From NCBI RefSeq assembly GCF_964355755.1, contig NC_092679.1, positions 9,330,201 to 9,394,200 of the forward strand: a DNA stretch of 64,000 nucleotides, given 5' to 3'. Of the stretch, positions 1-10,400 are shown piece by piece (position 1 is the stretch's first letter; every line of letters begins with the position of its first letter). The DNA comes from Antedon mediterranea. Taxonomy: Eukaryota; Animalia; Echinodermata. Both the position numbers and the translations under genes were made by a program. A model generated the notes under the pieces. The model ran no database searches. It had not been told where the DNA came from and was given only the letters and a program-made list of their open reading frames with translations.

Positions 1-176
1 GTCTAAAACGTCTCTAAATGCGATTTGAAGCTATTCTGTACACTTTGATGTTTTTATGTTAACAAGTTTTTTCGAAAATCACAAAATGGTCTAAAACGTC
101 TACAAATGCGATTTGAAGCTATTCTAAGCACTTTGGTGTTTTTATGGAAACAATTTTTTTCGAAAATCACAAAATG

Positions 177-427
177 GTCTAAAACGTTTCCAAATGCGAT
201 TTGAAGCTATTCTGTACACTTTGATGTTTTGTGTGAAAATTTTCTGTCGAAATGCTCAAAATGGTCAAAAACGTTTTTAAATACGATATTAAGCTACTTT
301 GTGCTCTTTGATGTTTTTGTGTGAAATGTTTTATCGAAATGCTCAAAATGGTCTAAAACGGTTTCTAATGTGATTTCAAGCACTTTGATGTTTTTGTGTA
401 ACCAAGTTTTTTGAAAATCACAAAATT
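177..427. repeat. Diverged trimer cassette A-B-C (87+87+77 bp), first of about 50 copies
   Basis: A ends GTGTGAAAATTTTCT(G/T)TCGAAATGCTC; B starts GTCAAAAACGTTTTTAAATACGATATTAAGCTACTTTGTGCTC; C starts GTCTAAAACGGTTTCTAATGTGATTTCAAGCAC and lacks 10 bp. Same order at ~870, 3040, 4520, 6690, 7465 ... 63680. Confidence 0.95.
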
Positions 428-2435
428 GTCTAAAACGTCTCCAAATGCGATTTGAAGCTATTCTGTACACTTTGATGTTTTTATGTTAACAAGTTTTTCG
501 AAAATCACAAAATGGTCTAAAACGTGTCTCCAAATGCGATTTTAAGCTATTCTAAGCACTTTGGTGTTTTTATGTTAACAACTTTTTTCGAAAATCACAA
601 AATGGTCTAAAATGTCTCCAAATGCGATTTGAAGCTATTCTAAGCACTTTGGTGTTTTTATGTTAACAAGTTTTTTCGAAAATCACAAAATGGTCTAAAA
701 CGTCTCCAAATGCGATTTGAAGCTATTCTGTACACTTTGATGTTTTTATGTTAACAAGTTTTTTCGAAAATCACAAAATGGTCTAAAACGTCTACAAATG
801 CGATTTGAAGCTATTCTGTACACTTTGATGTTTTTATGTTAACAAGTTTTTTCGAAAATCACAAAATGGTCTAAAACGTTTCCAAATGCGATTTGAAGCT
901 ATTCTGTACACTTTGATGTTTTGTGTGAAAATTTTCTTTCGAAATGCTCAAAATGGTCAAAAACGTTTTTAAATACGATATTAAGCTACTTTGTGCTCTT
1001 TGATGTTTTTGTGTGAAATGTTTTATCGAAATGCTCAAAATGGTCTAAAACGGTTTCTAATGTGATTTCAAGCACTTTGATGTTTTTGTGTAACCAAGTT
1101 TTTCGAAAATCACAAAATTGTCTAAAACGTCTCCAAATGCGATTTGAAGCTATTCTGTACACTTTGATGTTTTTATGTTAACAAGTTTTTCGAAAATCAC
1201 AAAATGGTCTAAAACATCTCCAAATGCGATTTGAAGCTATTCTGTACACTTTGATGTTTTTATGTTAACAAGTTTTTCGAAAATCACAAAATGGTCTAAA
1301 ACGTCTCTAAATGCGATTTGAAGCTTTTCTGTACACTTTGATGTTTTTATGTTAACAACTTTTTTCGAAAATCACAAAATGGTCTAAAATGTCTCCAAAT
1401 GCGATTTGAAGCTATTCTAAGCACTTTGATGTTTTTATGTTACCAAGTTTTTTCGAAAATCACAAAATGGTCTAAAATGTCTCCAATAGCGATTTTAAGC
1501 TATTCTGTACACTTTGATGTTTTTATGTTAACAAGTTTTTCGAAAATCACAAAATGGTCTAAAACGTCTCCAAATGCGATTTTAAGCTATTCTAAGCACT
1601 TTGGTGTTTTTATGTTAACAAGTTTTTTTGAAAATCACAAAATGGTCTAAAACGTCTCTAAATGCGATTTGAAGCTTTTCTGTACACTTTGATGTTTTTA
1701 TGTTAACAACTTTTTTCGAAAATCACAAAATGGTCTAAAATGTCTCCAAATGCGATTTGAAGCTATTCTAAGCACTTTGGTGTTTTTATGGAAACAATTT
1801 TTTTCGAAAATCACAAAATGGTCTAAAACGTCTCCAATAGCGATTTGAAGCTTTTCTGTACACTTTGGTGTTTTTATGTTAACAAGTTTTTTCGAAAATC
1901 ACAAAATGGTCTAAAACGTCTCCAAATGCGATTTGAAGCTAATCTGTACACTTTGATGTTTTTATGTTAACAAGTTTTTTCGAAAATCACAAAATGGTCT
2001 AAAACGTTTCCAAATGCGATTTGAAGCTTTTCTTTACACTTTGGTGTTTTTATGTTAACAAGTTTTTTCGAAAATCACAAAATGGTCTAAAACGTCTCCA
2101 AATGCGATTTGAAGCTATTCTGTACACTTTGATGTTTTTATGTTAACAAGTTTTTTCGAAGATCACAAAATGGTCTAAAACGTCTACAAATGCAATTTGA
2201 AGCTATTCTAAGCACTTTTGTGTTTTTATGTTAACAAGTTTTTTCGAAAATCACAAAATGGTCTAAAACGTCTGCAAATGCGATTTTAAACTATTCTTAG
2301 CACATTGGTGTTTTTATTTAAACAAATTTTTTCGAAACTCACAAAATGGTCTAAAACGTCTCCAAATGCGATTTGAAGCTATTTTAAGCACTTTGGTGTT
2401 TTTGTGTTAACAAGTTTTTCGAAATGCTCAAAATG

Positions 2436-2600
2436 GTCTAAAACGTTTTTAAACACGATATTAAGCTATTTTGTGCTCTTTGGTGTTTTTTTGTGAAAAG
2501 TTTTAGCAAAATGCTCAAAATGGTCTAAAACGATTTCTAATGTGATTTTAAGCACTTTGATGTTTTTATGTTAACTAGTTTTTTCGAAAATCACAAAATG
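2436..2600. repeat. Diverged dimer cassette B'-C' (87+78 bp), paralogous to B-C; marker of the long HOR
   Basis: AAACACGATATTAAGCTATTTTGTGCTC...AAAGTTTTAGCAAAATGCTC followed by AACGATTTCTAATGTGATTTTAAGCAC...AACTAGT. Recurs at ~6085, 11085, 16270, 19910, 24930, 36115, 39675, 42195, 45930, 50170, 53290, 58835, 61345. Confidence 0.95.
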
Positions 2601-3550
2601 GTCTAAAACGTCTCCAAATGCGATTTGAAGCTATTTTAAGCACTTAGGTGCTTTTGTGTAACCAAGTTTTTTAGAAAATCACAAAAGGGTCTAAAATGTC
2701 TCCAAATGTGATTTGAAGCTATTTTAAGCACTTTGGTGTTTTTGTTTTAACAAGTTTTTCGGAAATCACAAAATTGTCTAAAACGTCTCCAAATGCGATT
2801 TGAAGCTATTCTGTACACTTTGATGTTTTTATGTTAACAAGTTTTTTAGAAAATCACAAAATGGTCTAAAACATCTCCAAATGCGATTTAAAGCTATTTT
2901 AAGCACTTTGGTGTTTTTATGTTAACAAGTTTTTTCGAAAATCACAAAATGGTCTAAAACGTCTCCAAATGCGATTTGAAGCTATTTTAAGCACTTTGGT
3001 GTTTTTGTGTTAACAAGTTTTTCGAAATGCTCAAAATGGTCTAAAACGTTTCCAAATGCGATTTGAAGCTATTCTGTACACTTTGATGTTTTGTGTGAAA
3101 ATTTTCTGTCGAAATGCTCAAAATGGTCAAAAACGTTTTTAAATACGATATTAAGCTACTTTGTGCTCTTTGATGTTTTTGTGTGAAATGTTTTATCGAA
3201 ATGCTCAAAATGGTCTAAAACGGTTTATAATGTGATTTCAAGCACTTTGATGTTTTTGTGTAACCAAGTTTTTCGAAAATCACAAAATTGTCTAAAACGT
3301 CTCCAAATGCGATTTGAAGCTATTCTGTACTCTTTGATGTTTTTATGTTAACAAGTTTTTCGAAAATCACAAAATGGTCTAAAACGTCTCCAAATGCGAT
3401 TTTAAGCTATTCTAAGCACTTTGGTGTTTTTATGTTAACAAGTTTTTTTGAAATCACAAAATGGTCTAAAACGTCTCTAAATGAGATTTGAAGCTTTTCT
3501 GTACATTTTGATGTTTTTATGTTAACAAGTTTTTTCGAAAATCACAAAAT

Positions 3551-4430
3551 GGTCTAAAATGTCTCCAAATGCGATTTGAAGCTATTCTAAGCACTTTGGT
3601 GTTTTTATGGAAACAATTTTTTTCGAAAATCACAAAATGGTCTAAAACGTCTCCAAATGTGATTTGAAGCTATTCTGTACACTTTGATGTTTTTATGTTA
3701 GCAAGTTTTTTCGAAAATCACAAAATGGTCTAAAACGTCTACAAATGCGATTTGAAGCTAATCTGTACACTTTGATGTTTTTATGTTAACAAGTTTTTTC
3801 GAAAATCACAAAAGGGTCTAAAATGTCTGTAAATGCGATTTGAAGCTATTTAAAGCACTTTGGTGTTTTTAGGTTAACAAGTTTTTTCGAAAATCACAAA
3901 ATGGTCTAAAACGTCTACAAATGCGATTTGAAGCTATTCTAAGCACTTTTGTGTTTTTATGTTAACAAGTTTTTTCGAAAATCACAAAATGGTCTAAAAT
4001 GTCTCCAAATGCGATTTGAAGCTATTCTAAGCACTTTGGTGTTTTTATGGAAACAATTTTTTTCGAAAATCACAAAATGGTCTAAAACGTCTCCAAATGT
4101 GATTTGAAGCTATTCTGTACACTTTGATGTTTTTATGTTAGCAAGTTTTTTCGAAAATCACAAAATGGTCTAAAACGTCTACAAATGCGATTTGAAGCTA
4201 ATCTGTACACTTTGATGTTTTTATGTTAACAAGTTTTTTCGAAAATCACAAAAGGGTCTAAAATGTCTGTAAATGCGATTTGAAGCTATTTAAAGCACTT
4301 TGGTGTTTTTAGATTAACAAGTTTTTTCGAAAATCACAAAATGGTCTAAAACGTCTACAAATGCGATTTGAAGCTATTCTAAGCACTTTTGTGTTTTTAT
4401 GTTAACAGGTTTTTTCGAAAATCACAAAAT
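3551..4430. repeat. 5-monomer (440 bp) tandem duplication
   Basis: AAAGGGTCTAAAATGTCTGT at 3811 and 4251; copies differ by TTTAGGTT versus TTTAGATT. Also present near 17.4-18.3, 34.2-35.0 and 43.3-44.3 kb. Confidence 0.9.
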
Positions 4431-7400
4431 GGTCTAAAACGTCTCCAAATGCGATTTGAAGCTATTTTAAGCACTTTGGTGTTTTTGTGTTAACAAGTTT
4501 TTCGAAAATCACAAAATGGTCTAAAACGTTTCCAAATGCGATTTGAAGCTATTCTGTACACTTTGATGTTTTGTGTGAAAATTTTCTTTCGAAATGCTCA
4601 AAATGGTCAAAAACGTTTTTAAATACGATATTAAGCTACTTTGTGCTCTTTGATGTTTTTGTGTGAAATGTTTTATCGAAATGCTCAAAATGGTCTAAAA
4701 CGGTTTCTAATGTGATTTCAAGCACTTTGATGTTTTTGTGTAACCAAGTTTTTCGAAAATCACAAAATTGTCTAAAACGTCTCCAAATGCGATTTGAAGC
4801 TATTCTGTACACTTTGATGTTTTTATGTTAACAAGTTTTTCGAAAATCACAAAATGGTCTAAAACGTCTCCAAATGCGATTTGAAGCTATTCTGTACACT
4901 TTGATGTTTTTATGTTAACAAGTTTTTCGAAAATCACAAAATGGTCTAAAACGTCTCTAAATGCGATTTGAAGCTTTTCTGTACACTTTAATGTTTTTAT
5001 GTTAACTTTTTTCGAAAATCACAAAATGGTCTAAATTTTCTCCAAATGCGATTTGAAGCTATTCTAAGCACTTTGATGTTTTTATGTTAACAAGTTTTTT
5101 CGAAAATCACAAAATGGTCTAAAACGTCTCCAATAGCGATTTTAAGCTATTCTGTACACTTTGATGTTTTTATGTTAACAAGTTTTTCGAAAATCACAAA
5201 ATGGTCTAAAACGTCTCCAAATGCGATTTTAAGCTATTCTAAGCACTTTGGTGTTTTTATGTTAACAAGTTTTTTTGAAAATCACAAAATGGTCTAAAAC
5301 GTCTCTAAATGCGATTTGAAGCTTTTCTGTACACTTTGATGTTTTTATGTTAACAACTTTTTTCGAAAATCACAAAATGGTCTAAAATGTCTCCAAATGC
5401 GATTTGAAGCTATTCTAAGCACTTTGGTGTTTTTATGGAAACAATTTTTTTCGAAAATCACAAAATGGTCTAAAACGTCTCCAATAGCGATTTGAAGCTT
5501 TTCTGTACACTTTGGTGTTTTTATGTTAACAAGTTTTTTCGAAAATCACAAAATGGTCTAAAACGTCTCCAAATGCGATTTGAAGCTAATCTGTACACTT
5601 TGATGTTTTTATGTTAATAAGTTTTTTCGAAAATCACAAAATGGTCTAAAACGTTTCAAAATGCGATTTGAAGCTTTTCTTTACACTTTGGTGTTTTTAT
5701 GTTAACAAGTTTTTTCGAAAATCACAAAATGGTCTAAAACGTCTCCAAATGCGATTTGAAGCTATTCTGTACACTTTGATGTTTTTATGTTAACAAGTTT
5801 TTTCGAAGATCACAAAATGGTCTAAAACGTCTACAAATGCAATTTGAAGCTATTCTAAACACTTTTGTGTTTTTATGTTAACAAGTTTTTTTCGAAAATC
5901 ACAAAATGGTCTAAAACGTCTGCAAATGCGATTTTAAACTATTCTTAGCACATTGGTGTTTTTATTTAAACAAATTTTTTCGAAACTCACAAAATGGTCT
6001 AAAACGTCTCCAAATGCGATTTGAAGCTATTTTAAGCACTTTGGTGTTTTTGTGTTAACAAGTTTTTCGAAATGCTCAAAATGGTCTAAAACGTTTTTAA
6101 ACACGATATTAAGCTATTTTGTGCTCTTTGATGTTTTTTTGTGAAAAGTTTTAGCAAAATGCTCAAAATGGTCTAAAACGATTTCTAATGTGATTTTAAG
6201 CACTTTGATGTTTTTATGTTAACTAGTTTTTTCGAAAATCACAAAATGGTCTAAAACGTCTCCAAATGCGATTTGAAGCTATTTTAAGCACTTAGGTGCT
6301 TTTGTGTAACCAAGTTTTTTTGAAAATCACAAAAGGGTCTAAAATGTCTCCAAATGTGATTTGAAGCTATTTTAAGCAGTTTGGTGTTTTTGTGTTAACA
6401 AGTTTTTCGAAAATCACAAAATTGTCTAAAACGTCTCCAAATGCGATTTGAAGCTATTCTGTACACTTTGATGTTTTTATGTTAACAAGTTTTTTAGAAA
6501 ATCACAAAATGGTCTAAAACATCTCCAAATGCGATTTAAAGCTATTTTAAGCACTTTGGTGTTTTTATGTTAACAAGTTTTTTCGAAAATCACAAAATGG
6601 TCTAAAACGTCTCCAAATGCGATTTGAAGCTATTTTAAGCACTTTGGTGTTTTTGTGTTAACAAGTTTTTCGAAATGCTCAAAATGGTCTAAAACGTTTC
6701 CAAATGCGATTTGAAGCTATTCTGTACACTTTGATGTTTTGTGTGAAAATTTTCTGTCGAAATGCTCAAAATGGTCAAAAACGTTTTTAAATACGATATT
6801 AAGCTACTTTGTGCTCTTTGATGTTTTTGTGTGAAATGTTTTATCAAAATGCTCAAAATGGTCTAAAACGGTTTCTAATGTGATTTCAAGCACTTTGATG
6901 TTTTTGTGTAACCAAGTTTTTCGAAAATCACAAAATTGTCTAAAACGTCTCCAAATGCGATTTGAAGCTATTCTGTACACTTTGATGTTTTTATGTTAAC
7001 AAGTTTTTCGAAAATCACAAAATGGTCTAAAACGTCTCCAAATGCGATTTTAAGCTATTCTAAGCACTTTGGTGTTTTTATGTTAACAAGTTTTTTTGAA
7101 AATCACAAAATGGTCTAAAACGTCTCTAAATGCGATTTGAAGCTTTTCTGTACACTTTGATGTTTTTATGTTAACAACTTTTTTCGAAAATCACAAAATG
7201 GTCTAAAATGTCTCCAAATGCGATTTGAAGCTATTTTAAGCACTTTGGTGTCTTTATGGAAACAATTTTTTTCGAAAATCACAAAATGGTCTAAAACGTC
7301 TCCAATAGCGATTTGAAGCTTTTCTGTACACTTTGGTGTTTTTATGTTAACAATTTTTTTCGAAAATCACAAAATGGTCTAAAACGTCTCCAAATGCGAT

Positions 7401-10400
7401 TTGAAGCTATTCTGTACACTTTGATGTTTTTATGTTAACAAGTTTTTTCGAAAATCACAAAATGGTCTAAAACGTTTCCAAATGCGATTTGAAGCTATTC
7501 TGTACACTTTGATGTTTTGTGTGAAAATTTTCTGTCGAAATGCTCAAAATGGTCAAAAACGTTTTTAAATACGATATTAAGCTACTTTGTGCTCTTTGAT
7601 GTTTTTGTGTGAAATGTTTTATCGAAATGCTCAAAATGGTCTAAAACGGTTTCTAATGTGATTTCAAGCACTTTGATGTTTTTGTGTAACCAAGTTTTTC
7701 GAAAATCACAAAATTGTCTAAAACGTCTCCAAATGCGATTTGAAGCTATTCTGTACACTTTGGTGTTTTTATGTTAACAAGTTTTTTCGAAAATCACAAA
7801 ATGGTCTAAAACGTCTCCAAATACGATTTAAAGCTATTTTAAGCACTTTTGTGTTTTTGTGTAACCAAGTTTTTTCGAAAATCACAAAAGGGTCTAAAAT
7901 GTCTGTAAATGCGATTTGAAGCTATTTAAAGCACTTTGGTGTTTTTAGGTTAACAAGTTTTTTCGAAAATCACAAAATGGTCTAAAACGTCTACAAATGC
8001 GATTTGAAGCTATTCTAAGCACTTTTGTGTTTTTATGTTAACAAGTTTTTTCGAAAATCACAAAATGGTCTAAAACGTCTCCAAATGCGATTTGAAGCTA
8101 TTTTAAGCACTTTGGTGTTTTTGTGTTAACAAGTTTTTCGAAATGCTCAAAATGGTCTAAAACGTCTCCAAATGCGATTTGAAGCTATTCTAAGCACTTT
8201 GGTGTTTTTATGTTAACAAGTTTTTTCGAAAATCACAAAATGGTATAAAACGTCTCCAAATGCGATTTGAAGTTTTTCTAAGCACTTTGGTGTTTTTATG
8301 TTAACAAGTTTTTTCGAAAATCACAAAATGGTCTAAAACGTTTCCAAATGCGATTTGAAGCTATTCTGTACACTTTGATGTTTTGTGTGAAAATTTTCTT
8401 TTGAAATGCTCAAAATGGTCAAAAACGTTTTTAAATACGATATTAAGCTACTTTGTGCTCTTTGATGTTTTTGTGTGAAATGTTTTATCGAAATGCTCAA
8501 AATGGTCTAAAACGGTTTCTAATGCGATTTTAAGCTATTCTAAGCACTTTTGTGTTTTTATGTTAACAAGTTTTTTTGAAAATCACAAAATGGTCTAAAA
8601 CGTCTCTAAATGCGATTTGAAGCTTTTCTGTACACTTTGATGTTTTTATGTTAACAACTTTTTTCGAAAATCACAAAATGGTCTAAAATGCGATTTTAAG
8701 CTATTCTAAGCACTTTGGTGTTTTTATGTTAACAAGTTTTTTTGAAAATCACAAAATGGTCTAAAACGTCTCTAAATGCGATTTGAAGCTTTTCTGTACA
8801 CTTTGATGTTTTTATGTTAACAAGTTTTTTCGAAAATCACAAAATGGTCTAAAATGTCTCCAAATGCGATTTGAAGCTATTCTAAGCACTTTGGTGTTTT
8901 TATGGAAACAATTTTTTTCGAAAATCACAAAATGGTCTAAAACGTCTCCAATAGCGATTTCAAGCTTTTCTTTACACTTTGGTGTTTTTATGTTAACAAG
9001 TTTTTTCGAAAATCACAAAATGGTCTAAAACGTCTCCAAATGCGATTTGAAGCTATTCTGTACACTTTGATGTTTTTATGTTAACAAGTTTTTTCGAAAA
9101 TCACAAAATGGTCTAAAATGTCTCCAAATGCGATTTGAAGCTATTCTAAGCACTTTGGTGTTTTTATGGAAACATTTTTTTTCGAAAATCACAAAATGGT
9201 CTAAAACGTCTCCAATAGTGATTTGAAGCTTTTCTTTACACTTTGGTGTTTTTATGTTAAGTTTTTTCGAAAATCACAAAATGGTCTAAAACGTCTCCAA
9301 ATTCGATTTGAAGCTATTCTGTACACTTTGATGTTTTTATGTTAACAAGTTTTTTCGAAAATCACAAAATGGTCTAAAACGTCTACAAATGCGATTTGAA
9401 GCTATTCTAAGCACTTTTGTGTTTTTATGTTAACAAGTTTTTTCGAAAATCACAAAATGGTCTAAAACGTCTGCAAATGCGATTTGAAACTATTCTTAGC
9501 ACATTGGTGTTTTTATTTAAACAAATTTTTTCGAAACTCACAAAATGGTCTAAAACGTCTCCAAATGCGATTTGAAGCTATTTTAAGCACTTTAGTGTTT
9601 TTGTGTTAACAAGTTTTTCGAAATGCTCAAAATGGTCTAAAACGTTTTTAAACACGATATTAAGCTCACAAAACGTCTCCAAATGCGATTTGAAGCTATT
9701 CTGTACACTTTGATGTTTTTATGTTAACAAGTTTTTCTTTACACTTTGGTGTTTTTATGTTAACAAGTTTTTTCGAAAATCACAAAATGGTCTAAAACGA
9801 TTTCTAATGTGATTTTAAGCACTTTGATGTTTTTATGTTAACTAGTTTTTTCGAAAATCACAAAATGGTCTAAAACGTCTCCAAATGCGATTTGAAGCTA
9901 TTTTAAGCACTTAGGTGCTTTTGTGTAACCAAGTTTTTTTGAAAATCACAAAAGGGTCTAAAATGTCTCCAAATGTGATTTGAAGCTATTTTAAGCACTT
10001 TGGTGTTTTTGTGTTAACAAGTTTTTCGAAAATCACAAAATTGTCTAAAACGTCTCCAAATGCGATTTGAAGCTATTCTGTACACTTTGATGTTTTTATG
10101 TTAACAAGTTTTTTAGAAAATCACAAAATGGTCTAAAACATCTCCAAATGCGATTTAAAGCTATTTTAAGCACTTTAGTGTTTTTATGTTAACATGTTTT
10201 TTCGAAAATCACAAAATGGTCTAAAACGTCTCCAAATGCGATTTGAAGCTATTTTAAGCACTTTGGTGTTTTTGTGTTAACAAGTTTTTCGAAATGCTCA
10301 AAATGGTCTAAAACGTTTCCAAATGCGATTTGAAGCTATTCTGTACACTTTGATGTTTTGTGTGAAAATTTTCTGTCGAAATGCTCAAAATGGTCAAAAA

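Larger units (their letters stand above)
1290..4430. repeat. Representative copy of the core higher-order repeat (about 36 monomers with a fixed order of diagnostic variants)
   Basis: Ordered markers GTTACC, CAATAGC, GGAAAC, GCTAATC, CTTTAC, GAAGATC, TGCAAT, AAACTATTCTTAGCACATTGG, B'C', CTTAGGTGC, CGGAAATC, AACATC, ABC, ATGAGAT, GTTAGC, AAGGGTC recur in the same order near 15.3, 23.8, 35.1, 38.5, 41.1, 49.0 and 52.2 kb. Confidence 0.85.

Noticed and set aside
70-86. CENP-B box (TTCGnnnnAnnCGGG)
   Set aside because: Only TTCG matches; the sequence reads TTCGAAAATCACAAA, lacking the A at the required position and the CGGG.
1399-1650. Repeated 83-aa ORF (also 15411, 23895, 35017, 41158, 49133, 52256)
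   Set aside because: It is about three satellite monomers read through frames set by T5/T6 variation. It has no recognisable domain, homologous copies are broken by indels or point changes (for example the T insertion at ~38767), and it recurs only because the HOR recurs.
2317-2327. Forkhead-like TAAACA and other short transcription-factor motifs
   Set aside because: Expected by chance in AT-rich sequence, with no supporting context.
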